Positions 1 to 10,697 of a stretch of 33,795 nucleotides of DNA are shown here, one piece after another (the first letter of the stretch is position 1; each line of letters begins with the position of its first letter). This DNA comes from Macrostomum lignano (Eukaryota): positions 1-33,795 of the forward strand of contig NIVC01004836.1 in the NCBI GenBank assembly GCA_002269645.1, in the 5' to 3' direction. Under the pieces are notes generated by a model. It worked only from the letters and a program-made list of their open reading frames with translations, made no database searches and was not told the origin of the DNA. Both the position numbers and the translations under genes were made by a program.

Positions 1-373
1 TATATTTTCAATGTTTAAAAAATTGCTTTATGCATTAATATATTAATTAAAGGTTACTTACGAGTATAAAGTCAGGTTTGACTAATTTGTCAAAAGACCT
101 GTATAGATTGTTTTTGAGTCTGCTGTGATACACCTTGCTGCAGAAACTGAAATGATAACTAAAAGAGTGCATATGCAATGCAAACTCATATATAACAATG
201 TTTGTTAATTAAATAACTAAAACTGCTTGACATTGGCTAGATTTTACCATTTGAAAATTGCCCTATCAAGCGTGTTACAACAAACAGTTGTATTTATATG
301 AAAATTTGCTCTCTTTTTTTATATCTTATCACTTAAAAGTTTTTTAAAAAAGGTAGGCCTATCAGAAAAATTC

Positions 374-482
374 TTAAATCTTGTCTTGAATTTCTTGACA
401 AAATTCAAGATTTCTCAAGATGAGAAAAAATTTCAAGATCTTGTCTTGAATCTTGTCTCATTGAGATCTTGTGACAGCTCTA
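374..482 (-). mobile_element. Probable hAT-like DNA transposon end (TAGAGCTG terminus) with subterminal TCAAGA/TCTTG repeats
   Basis: Reverse complement from 482 reads TAGAGCTGTCACAAGATCTCAATGAGACAAGATTCAAGACAAGATC. Dense TCTTGTCTTGA/TCAAGA motifs occur in both orientations. No partner end or TSD found in the window. Confidence 0.4.
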
Positions 483-1483
483 CTACTTATTTCATCTAAT
501 TAGTAAATAAATATCTATAGATAGGACATCATAAATAAGGCTATAATAAAAGCTAAAGCATGCAGATGCAACATATAATACCTACCTCCTTAAGACTTAA
601 AAGATCTACAATTAATATAAATGACTACCAATAGAAAATGATGAAATAAACAGACCTAGTCTTATAATTATCTATTTCGACATTTAGAGCTATGACCTAA
701 AAAGTTGAAGTATTTATTATTACTTTCTATAAAATTATGCAACTATTTCATTCATTTTACCAAAATTTTGACTGTTTGCATAGGCCTACTCAAAATTTTC
801 AACTCAAAACTCTCAACTCAAAATTGAGAAAAATTGAAAATTGTATTGGAATTACCAAAGTCCCATAGTCCAGGATGATGTACATTATGCTGGAAATTTC
901 CAGCATACAATTGAAAATTTTACTTTTCTTGGCATACAATTGGCGTAAAAAAATGAGGCAAAATATATTTGGCATACCTTTTGGCATGACGCGTGGCATA
1001 AATAGGCCAAGCAGCATATGCCAATTCCAACCTTCACGCCAAAGTTAATATTAACAATTGTTGGCATAATGCCATAACCTCAGAATCTTATTATAAAATC
1101 ATAAAAACCGTAAAACTAGTAAGCAAAGATGAAAGTTCATAACTATTTGTGATTTATAAAAATTTAAAATTCCATGCAAACTAATCGTGTTGATTTTCTA
1201 AAAAAACTTAAACAAAAAATTGATTTTTGTTGGCATTATCTGTAAGCCAATTTACTTTAAAGAAGGAAAACCACACATTTGTTAAATTTTTATTGTTAAA
1301 AAATGTGTAACACGCAAAAAAGGTCATTTATGGTCACAAAGCCTAGAAAACCTAGCATAAGTCCCTTGGACCTTGGCGTAGGTTTCAGTATGAAGTGGCG
1401 TAGATTTTTTTAGGGGACTTTTTATTCCAGCGTATACCATGACATGATCTTGACTATGGCCAAAGTCCAATATCATCAAAAAA

Positions 1484-1567
1484 AGTATCAACTTCTGATA
1501 CTTTAATACCCAAAAGGTATCATTGATAGTATTGGAGTATTGGAATATCACAATTGTGCCAACACTG
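1484..1567 (-). mobile_element. Probable DNA transposon end (CAGTGTTGGCA terminus) with GATAC/AATAC subterminal repeats
   Basis: TGTGCCAACACTG ends at 1567, preceded by clustered GTATC/GATAC/GTATT motifs. No partner end found. Confidence 0.3.
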
Positions 1568-2506
1568 GCTATATCTATGTGGCTAGATAATAATATATAA
1601 TAAAAATTTTATAAACTTCCTAGTTAAATTAGGCCTATACAAAAAATTAACAGACAATACATTATATAGAGAATAAATAGCTATGAGAAGCAAAAAGCTA
1701 GAAGGTAGACTTACCACTATCACCAATAATCAACAATTTAAAAAGAAAGTGGTAGTCTGGTGAGCTCATCACTGAGATACAATAGCAATTTTTTTATTCT
1801 GAGTGAAACAGCTAAACTATACAAGTTGCAGAATACTAAATACTGTGAATAATAGACTTTATAATTTATAGTGCCTAGCCTTGAGCAAAACTTAATTTAA
1901 CACATTAGACTCAAAACGTTTTATAGTAAATATACTATTATACAAAAGTCTGAATGGATTATGTAATGTTAATGTAAACCTTTTGCTGACAGGTGCGTCA
2001 CAGCCAAAGCAATCAGAAACAAAAATGTATGTAAGCTATAATAAGTAGATAGATGAGGCTATGTTTATCGATGGTGAATGTTAGCTAAGTTGCGTTACGT
2101 TGCCCTGCACTGCACATTAAACGGTATTAAACCGATCAGGGGCCGTACACATTGGCTCGTGTTATACGATAGCAAATTTAAATTTTTACAGATAGATCAT
2201 TGATTATAACATTACAGGTGAGCTAAATACTAAAGTTTTTATGCACCTAATGCTGTTTATAGATAAAAAATAAAAACTTTTGCAAAATTCGCAGTGAATA
2301 TTTTTATCGGAGCTTACAGCACAGTCCCTGATCATTACTCCTTTGTTTGTTGCAATTAAAGGTACATGTACATGTTTTATATGTACATGTAAGGTTTAGC
2401 GACAAAAACGAAAGATTTTTGGGGTTATATTCATCATTTTCATTCTTAAATAAATAATTCTGGCAGTGTATTCCCGTTTCTTTCGACTTATTTTCTGCTG
2501 TTTTTA

Positions 2507-2761
2507 ACAGTTTCGATTTGCAAGCATTTGTGATCAGATGTTTATAATTTCCCTGATATCTGTATGCACAGTGTACGAGCTAAATGTATATATTTATAGC
2601 TTCCATAGTTCTTTATTCCTCCTTCCACAGTTTCGAAACTTCCACAGTTTCGATTTGCAAGCATTTGTGATCAGATGTTTATAATTTCCCTGATATCTGT
2701 ATGCACAGTGTACGAGCTAAATGTATATATTTATAGCTTCCATAGTTCTTTATTCCTCCTT
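2507..2761. repeat. Tandem duplication of ~118 bp (2507-2624 and 2644-2761)
   Basis: ACAGTTTCGATTTGCAAGC...CTTTATTCCTCCTT appears twice, identical by eye, with a short rearranged junction. Confidence 0.9.
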
Positions 2762-5080
2762 AATTGGTAAAAATTGCGTAGCTTATTTATATTTGCATGT
2801 GTTATGCACAGTAATTTGCATGTACGCGAACACGATTCCATCCGGTCAATTCGTCAGACAAGCCTGAGTATGTCTATACTCAGATCTAGAGGAAAAGCTC
2901 AATACAACAAAGGTACACCTCACGTGACAGAAGGGAGGGTGGCAGAACGTACGCCTTTGGCCGCGCTCCTCAAAAAGTCAGCCCCCCGTTGCAGGTCAGA
3001 AAAACGGGGCTCGCGCATTGCCCAGAAGCAGCTCGGGGCCGGTAGCGCTTTGGGTATAATCATGCTAAAACAGCTCTCCGCGATTAAACAGCTTCGCTGA
3101 ACATGAGGGACATGAGGGAGATCCCCCGACGCTCTTTCTTTCCGTGTAGTGCCTGGGCTTCGTCGGGATTGCGACAATGTGCGTTGTCATCCACTCAAAG
3201 GGAACAGCCCCTTCTAGCATTAAGGACGTAGTTTATACCACTCAATCCCCCTCAGTGGCGACTCTCTGTATTCACACAGCGCTTCGACGGGTACCTCGTC
3301 CGGGCCGGTGGCGCAGCCAGCACAATGCGAGCAAACCGTACTACGTTGGTGCTGCCACTACGTTTTGGTTTTGGTGGCCAAAAATACATTGGCCAAAATC
3401 GTCTTGCGACGGAAGTACCGTCTCCCGGTCTCCAGTGGCAGTGGCAGATTTTATGGCAGTGTCGATACCGGCGAAGAAGTCACGCAGCTAATTTCTGGTG
3501 GGTTTTGCCGGCCAGATTCAGCGCCGTCTTCTTTATTTTTCGTCCAGTGCGAGCATTAATAGCGGGCCGGACAAGCTAATTCCTGTGGTCCATTCCTGCG
3601 AAGTTGACGCACCTGATATCATTGACGGCAACCTAGCTATTGGCGCTTCGCGTAGGTCTCTGCCAGGGATTTCTCGGCCTCGGAAGTCGGCTGTCTGATC
3701 CGTTGCAGCCAATGTCCGCCTCGCCTCCTTCACTTCCTTGTCAGAAGCCCAGACTGGGAGATTGCGCGCTGCCGGCTGCATTAAAGGCAACGTCTTGCAT
3801 TAGCAGCGGCTATCGATCGGGTGGGTACGGGTGGGTCGCAGAACTACATGTATACAGGGCATACTACTCCTGAGGTGAAAGTGACTTGCGAGTAGTGTTC
3901 AGAGTACATGTATATAGCTTGTGTTTCCATGGACGCGCATCAATAAAGACGTGTGTCCTTGGTGACCATAAAAGATTTAAGTTTAAAACCAAGAGTGTTT
4001 TCTGCACGCTTTATACTCTCAAGTTTCTACACTTGCATGTACACCATACCATCATCGGTTGCTATCGGGTTAGTTATACCTCAAATGCTTGATTATCATG
4101 CCAGCAGTCAGCATCGTATGTTGGATGCAAATCATTTTGTGCGAACAGCAAAGCTATAAGACTGAACGTGTTGGTATAAGGTTTGTTGCGAGCAAAAATT
4201 TGGTTGGCAATTGCTTCATGGTTGACAGAACAAGGTTGCAAGGGTATGAGAGTGAAACATGAAACATCAGTGTAACTTGATGCAACGTTGGTGCCGTGAA
4301 TTTTGATAGTTATAATTTTCTGCTAGCTTAGCCTGGCCTGACACTCGTCAACGAACAGTGCAATTGCTTGCCTACGTTTCTGTATATTGAAGCAACTTTT
4401 TTGCTTCTGGGGCTAACCACCCGAAAATACATGACATGTAGAAGGGAATGTTGTCGGCGCACATGTTACTCTTGTCCGAAGCGAATTAAGATTTCAAAGA
4501 GGATTCCGAAGAGTCTCAAGTAAGCCTGGACAAAATGTATGAGATTTCAAGCACTTCACAGCTACATCGATGACTTTGGTAGCTCTTATACCTATTTGAA
4601 GTCAACGACCGAACTCGAAGTGTCTCGCTTCCTTATTTGACTAAGAAAAGAGCTGAGTGTTTAAAAAACCGAAATCTATTGAACCCGAAATAGCTCGAGT
4701 GTCCTTGTAACACCTTTCTTAGTTGGTTCCTATAGCTACCTATTGAAGCTTTGCTGTGCCACTTTGGCTTGATGAAATACAGAGACATCGACGAGGGCTT
4801 TTGTGTTGGAATTTTTCAGCCCAGTCGAATTGCTTCGCATGGATGTTCTCTTAACATTTCGCTTCCTCGTTGCTTCGACTTGCTGCCGTCAAAAATTTCC
4901 TAAATTAATTTTTTTCTAGAAAAAGAAGCTGAAACTCTATTTTTGGAAAATGAAAATGAAATCGTACTTTTGGATGCACAATAATGTTAAAATATGCACT
5001 CAGGACACCAAGGAGAGACTGACAGACAATCGGTTCCCAGAAAATATGAGTATGAATGTATGTATATGAATACGTGATTA

Positions 5081-5255
5081 GAAGTGTGCGACTGAAGACA
5101 TTGAAGTATGACAGAAGACATTGAAGTGTGACAGAAGACATAAGTGTGTGACTGAAGAGACTGAAGTATGACAGAAGAAGTATGACAGAAAACATAAGTG
5201 TGTGACTGAAGAGACTGAAGTATAACAGAAGACATTGAAGTGCGGGACTGAAGAC
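5081..5255. repeat. Degenerate minisatellite, ~19-20 bp unit (GAAGTATGACAGAAGACATT-like)
   Basis: Recurrent GAAGT(A/G)TGAC(A/T)GAAGA motifs. Explains ORFs 4987-5331 and 5078-5302. Confidence 0.75.
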
Positions 5256-5645
5256 AGGAAAACATTGGATATGCAGAAGCACACTTCACTGGAAGACAGC
5301 AAAATAACCGACTCTGATTTAAAAATTCCACGAGTTACAAAAAATGTATTTAAAGATTCAAAGCTGGCATCATATGTGAGCTAGTGAATTTATAACCATG
5401 TAGTACTAATAGGGTTCCATAAAGAATTCTGCGGCCCTACAAAACTGCAGTAGATGTGACGAGCAATAAAAGAATGAGAAAAATCTCCTGCTATAGGAAA
5501 AATCCTTAGCCACAGGATAAGCCTGCTAATCAGCATCAGCGTGATAGCACAGCATACCGTATCCCGTACAGCAATCTGACGTTGGTGACAGATATGTACT
5601 TTTACATTGCACCGACGTTCAGCCGACGTATGACATACGACGTAT

Positions 5646-5854
5646 GATTCAACGCTTCCACGCAGTTTTTCTTCGAGTTTTCTCCTATTCGTTATGCATC
5701 CTGCGGGTCTCAAGATCTCCCTGACTGTCCCGGCCAGAGATTTCACCGCCGCGATATGAGAAGATCTATGAGAGCGAAAAGCATCCTTTCACCCGCCCCT
5801 CCGCAGAGCAGACATGACCGGATGGATTTGGAATCCGAGTAATTGGTAGGACAA
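5646..5854 (+). repeat. Dispersed ~210-bp repeat, copy A (partner at 8199-8414)
   Basis: Shares CTTCGAGTTT.CTCCTATTCGTT.TGCATCCTGCGGGTCTCAAG, ATCTCCCTGACTGTCCC, GGCCAGAGAT, CGCCGCGATATG and CCGGATGGATTTGGAATCCGAG.AATTGGTAGGACAA with copy B. Confidence 0.85.
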
Positions 5855-6298
5855 TTGGTATGACTTCATCATCCCTCGATGTACATGTAGTATTTTTCCT
5901 CGCTGTATGGTATGTACATGTACAAGACTTCAAGAAGTTGAGCGGCTTGAGCGGGCAAGAAAGAACGCAATCTTGAGCGGCTTCTGATGCACACAACTAT
6001 AAGCCAGTCTGTACTGTAGCCAGGACAGTTTTCAGCCATATGCCTCCACCCAGTCCTGAGTGCAAAGCATGCATAAATAAACATGCGTGGGAAGCGTTGA
6101 CAACTTTTCACTGTCCACTCCCGCAGCCTTCATCCCCTGTGTCCGACCTCGCCGAAGCAGAGCGGAGTGCTGACTGTCGAGCTCCGCCTAACCCTCCCCC
6201 ACCAACCCCGCTTCGGCGGCCCCCGCGGAGCATGCAGCATCAGCATTTCATTCAATTGGATTTTTCCGCACGGATGCTTTGCACTAGTCAAGCTTGAA

Positions 6299-6330
<32 letters not shown>
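6299..6330. repeat. (GCC)n microsatellite, ~10-11 units
   Basis: Read directly. Confidence 0.9.
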
Positions 6331-8198
6331 GCCCCTTTAGCTCTGTTTTACCATCCTAACCCTCACATTTCACCCCCTCCATCATTCCCCCTCAGGCAGC
6401 CCTAGAGCCGGCCCATGCAGCAGCTACAAAATTCTAAATTCCAGTCCCGCAAGCAGTCCAGCCCAGCAGCCTGCAGCCACTCGTCGTTCCCCTTTTTTAT
6501 AAAAAAATTCTTTCGTGCGCCGAACGCCGTCCTGCACTGAATCGAATCTGCGTCGCTCCATTTCGCAGCCACTCAGCTACCAGAGTGTGACGGCTGCCCA
6601 ATGGCTATCCATACTAAGCATGTGGCCAAATATATTTGAAATACGCTTCCAAATGCTGCACTAACAGCCTCTAGCAGCTCGTCTCTTTCTCTCTCTCGTT
6701 CACTGTCTCTGTCTCACTCACTCTCACTCTCCATGGCGCTTTCCGCTGCGCTCCTCTACTCACAGATTTTAACGCGTCTCGTTGCTCCTCGTTGCCCTTA
6801 GGGCCCCCGAAAACTCTCTCATGCCTCCTTCCCTATTCTCGTTCAGCCCCACCGCCATGGAAGAGTCTTGATTTCCCCCTCTCTCTTTCTCTTTGCTGTC
6901 TCAGACATTCCGTCTTCCCTGCCAAGTTAAATAAGCAGACTTGGTCGCTGATTACTTATAGCCCCCCTCCCCGCACCCCAACCCCTACAGCAGCTAGCGG
7001 AGCACGCATTGGGCCGTGGAAGTGAGAGAGAAATGAAAATGAAGGAGACGGGATAAAGCATTGGGAGAACGGCACTGGCATTGCATTCCCATGCATAATC
7101 CCCCCTCGCTATAGCCTCATTCCGTTGCCCTCTAAAGCTGATCCTTCAGTGCAGCTACCGCCTAAATCCTACCCCCCCCCCTAACTGCGGCTCTCCCTCT
7201 CTCCCTCATCCGCTGCCTCCCTCCTGTCTCTACTCGCCTCCTCGTCAAAGACCCAACCATAGCCGCAGAGAGCGAGAGGCAGCCAGACAGTGCGCTGTAA
7301 CTCCCGCATAAAGTCCGCGCTCCAACCTCCGCCCCGTGGGCTGCCTGTCTTGAGCCATGCCGTGAGGACTGCACGGGCTCAAACCAGAGCTTGTGTTGTG
7401 TGTGCGCGCGTGTGTGAGAGAGAGCTGAATTCTCAAACCCTTTCAGACGCTTTCCCTTCCTCATTCCCTGGACTCTCCCTTTCCTGAATGCTTGTATCCG
7501 TCTAAACTCACTCCTCCCCTCCCTCTCTATCATTTCATTTCCCTTCTTCCATTTTGCTCGCCCAATCCTTCGCTCGGTCGCCAGTTGGACAAGAAGCAAA
7601 AAAGCGACGCTGCCCTCCTCCTCTTCCTCCACGCCATCCCCCAGCTCCCCTTTCGTCTTCCCCTCCTTTTCAAGCAGTTTCCTGCCGAGGCCAGCGCGGT
7701 CAGACAGACAGACAGACGCAGTCACACTCACACGCATATAGGCAATAGAATTCGCCCACCTCATCCTACTCTCTCTCCGATTAGCCCGCTTAGACATTCA
7801 CCGCTGCACCTTCATCCCTCGCCTCCCCTCTTGCCTCCATCCCGCCTAGCAGTTCCCACTTTCCTTCACCTTTGGGACTTTCGAAATCGCTCCTATGCAA
7901 CCTCCTGCAGTCGCCCAGTCCCGCATTTTTGTCCGTTGCTGCTTTTGTCCCTTGGAGAATAATTCGCTCGCTTTTTGCCGTGTCTCCCACGAGTAAAAAA
8001 AACTACGGAACTTTCTCCTCTCTCTACAGAAGGTGATTGGTAGTGGCAGAAAAAATAAGAGATCAGTTATAACATCCTTGATCGTAAGTGGAACAATTGA
8101 CTTGCATTCTATTGCCGATGTGCCAGCACTAGCGATTCCCCCCAGCAAAACAGTTTTGTCAATTTGTTACCCAACATAAGCCATAACGCATCCTCCAC

Positions 8199-8414
8199 GA
8201 TTTAACGCGTCCACACAGTCTTTCTTCGAGTTTGCTCCTATTCGTTTTGCATCCTGCGGGTCTCAAGCGGATAGATCTCCCTGACTGTCCCAGCCCTCTA
8301 AGGCCAGAGATCCCATCGCCGCGATATGGTAAGATCTACGAGCGTATGAGCGAGAAAAGCGAGCGTCTTTTCAAAGCCCGGATGGATTTGGAATCCGAGG
8401 AATTGGTAGGACAA
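8199..8414 (+). repeat. Dispersed ~210-bp repeat, copy B
   Basis: Aligns to 5646-5854 with 7-nt and 10-nt indels and a diverged middle. Confidence 0.85.
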
Positions 8415-9020
8415 GAGTCGGGGGAGAAGAGGTCGAATGCAAATTTTTTCCTTCTTGATTCCCAGTCGGGCGCCCCCGCGCCCCTCTCAGTCGTCTCCTT
8501 CTATTCCATAATTTCCCGACGCGGTCCCGACAAGCCGCATGGGAGGAGGGATCTAAGGCCTTCCGGCGCGATAGCAGTTCGTTCGTTGCCAATAAACGAG
8601 CCTGAAATCAGTATTGCTATAACGCACACAGGCCCGAGTGCTGCACTGCATAAGACTGGACGCCCAAATGCACAAAAAACCTCTCTGGTACTGAAGACCT
8701 TTGGCCGACTGCCAGAGGGTGCCAATCCTGCGAAGTGACTCTCTCTCTTTCTCTCTCCCCAACCTCCCGCTTCCACTCTTCTCTTTCTTATTGGCTGGAC
8801 AAGTGCGAGGAGAGAGGGAAAGGGATTATGAGGCTAGGATATAGAGGAATACGCAGCCACTGTCCGTTTCTATCGCAGGAGGCCCGAGGCGCTGGTAGCA
8901 GATCCGTTATTCACTTGTCCGCTTTGTCCCCACCTCTCCTTGTTCAGCGCAGTCGCCGAGCCCCTTCCGCGATCGCGAAACGCCTATCCATAGCCAGGAA
9001 GATTCTTTTGGCTCGGGCAA

Positions 9021-10499
9021 ATGATTGCCGAGGAGCACAGAACACAGGAGACTTCGGTCGGGTCGTTGCTTAGCAACATCAACAGCGACGGCGACGGCGT
9101 CGGAGTCCCGGCTGATCCCGGTGAAGTCGGTTTAGCGGATGCGCCACCGAATGGCGCCGCGGCGTGCTTCAGCGCCACAGAGGAGGAGGACGCAACCGAC
9201 GCTACGGATGCGGCCGCCGCCGCAGCAGTCGAGGAGGCGGTGGCGATCGCCGAAGCTGCCGCTGCGGCGGCGGCGGAAGAGGCAGAAGCCGCCGCCAAGG
9301 CCGCTGAAGCAGCTGAGGCTGCATCAAGCTCGGATCCGCCTAATATGAAGCGGCGACACGCCATCTACGAGATCATCGACTCGGAGGAGAGCTACGTTAA
9401 CAAGCTGCGCTTTATAGCTGAAAAGTACATTCCACTGAAAGACGACCCGGATGTTACTCTGCCGCCGGACCTCGAGGAGAAGTGGAGCATCATCTGGGGC
9501 AACTGGTGGCGCCTGTTGGAAGGCCACGAGGAGATCCTAGCCAAGCTGAAGCAGGCCTTCGAGATCGATCTGGACACTGTGGCAAACGTGTTTATAGCCA
9601 AGGAGCGTCACATGACCAGCTGGTACTCGAAGTACTGCGAGAATCACCGCAAAGCGCAGCATATCGCCTGCGACCAGTACCGGGACTTCTTTGAGCAAGT
9701 GCGTCAAACTCTACGTGACAAAGAGGACATGAACTCGCACCTGATGAACCCAGTGCAGCGCTGCATGCGGTACAGCCTGCTGGTGGGTACAGTGATTGAA
9801 AAGGCTCGCAAAGACGGACTCCAGGGACCCGGCATGGCCGGCTGGGAGCGCATGCTGGAGATCATGCGCGAGCTGCCAATGAAGACCGAAAGCATTATGG
9901 AGGCCTCCAGGATCGACAACCTGGAGACTGGCATCCGGGTGACCTCCTTAGGACAGGTGCGCATCAAAGGCGTCCTTCGTCTCAGTGTGATCAACGGACC
10001 CTACGATCCGAGCTCGAATCCTGCCCCGTCCCAGTTGAAATTTGAGCAGAGAAAAATTTTCCTATTCGATCAGATGATGCTCGTGACAGAGGTGAAACGC
10101 TCCGGCAAGGTGAAAGCTGGCGACCAGTTCAGCAGCATGCAGACAATCTACATCTACCGCAGCAAGGTGAAGATGAACAACATGCGCTATTTCTCCTCGT
10201 ACAAGTATTCAGCGGCCACAAGCAGCAACCCGGCCGACGAGGAAGACGAGCTACTATTCTGCGTGGTCGACACCACACCCGGAGCCAACGTTGTGTACGT
10301 TTTTGACCCCGTTGACACGACCACCAGGACACAGTGGGTGGTGGAGCTGCGCCAGATGGAGAAACAGCAGATGGACTTCTTGAAGATTCTACAGAACCCC
10401 GTGGCTGGCGCGTCCGATCATCTTGGGGTGCCGGCCGAGACGACTAAGAAGAGTGCGAAGGACAAGGATAAGGGCCGATCAGACAGCAGGAAAAAGTGA
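9021..10499 (+). CDS. Single-exon DH-PH RhoGEF, Trio-C/Kalirin-C/ARHGEF25 (p63RhoGEF)-like, with Ala/Glu-rich N-terminus
   Basis: 492-aa ORF. DH hallmarks: RRHAIYEIIDSEESYVNKL, IIWGNW, YSKYCENH, HLMNPVQRCMRY. PH hallmarks: QRKIFLFDQM, RTQWVVEL. The post-PH segment QMDFLKILQNPV resembles QRNFLNALTSPI of Trio-C/p63RhoGEF. Confidence 0.92.
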   Translation: MIAEEHRTQETSVGSLLSNINSDGDGVGVPADPGEVGLADAPPNGAAACFSATEEEDATDATDAAAAAAVEEAVAIAEAAAAAAAEEAEAAAKAAEAAEAASSSDPPNMKRRHAIYEIIDSEESYVNKLRFIAEKYIPLKDDPDVTLPPDLEEKWSIIWGNWWRLLEGHEEILAKLKQAFEIDLDTVANVFIAKERHMTSWYSKYCENHRKAQHIACDQYRDFFEQVRQTLRDKEDMNSHLMNPVQRCMRYSLLVGTVIEKARKDGLQGPGMAGWERMLEIMRELPMKTESIMEASRIDNLETGIRVTSLGQVRIKGVLRLSVINGPYDPSSNPAPSQLKFEQRKIFLFDQMMLVTEVKRSGKVKAGDQFSSMQTIYIYRSKVKMNNMRYFSSYKYSAATSSNPADEEDELLFCVVDTTPGANVVYVFDPVDTTTRTQWVVELRQMEKQQMDFLKILQNPVAGASDHLGVPAETTKKSAKDKDKGRSDSRKK

Positions 10500-10665
10500 G
10501 TTGGATGGATGATTGCACGTGAGATCTGCGTTTCAATGCAAGTGACACGTGCCGCTCGCATTAGGAGGACGTTATTTTATATTTTTAAGTCTAGTTTGCC
10601 AAAACTGCTGTCTATTTTGATCGCGATAAAGTGTCACTTTACTTTCTTCAACGCCTGCCAGTTCA

Positions 10666-10666
<1 letters not shown>

Positions 10667-10697
<31 letters not shown>
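10667..10697. repeat. (TGTCCC)5 in the putative RhoGEF 3' UTR
   Basis: Read directly. Confidence 0.85.

Noticed and set aside
2138-2330. CAGGGGCC...GTCCCTG as a MITE
   Set aside because: Very short imperfect match and the flanks show no TSD.
7162-7962. 211-aa and 156-aa ORFs upstream of the RhoGEF
   Set aside because: Derived from CT/GA-rich low-complexity sequence; no domain or splice support.
8232-8738. 168-aa ORF
   Set aside because: Overlaps repeat copy B, whose partner has frame-breaking indels. No recognisable motif.
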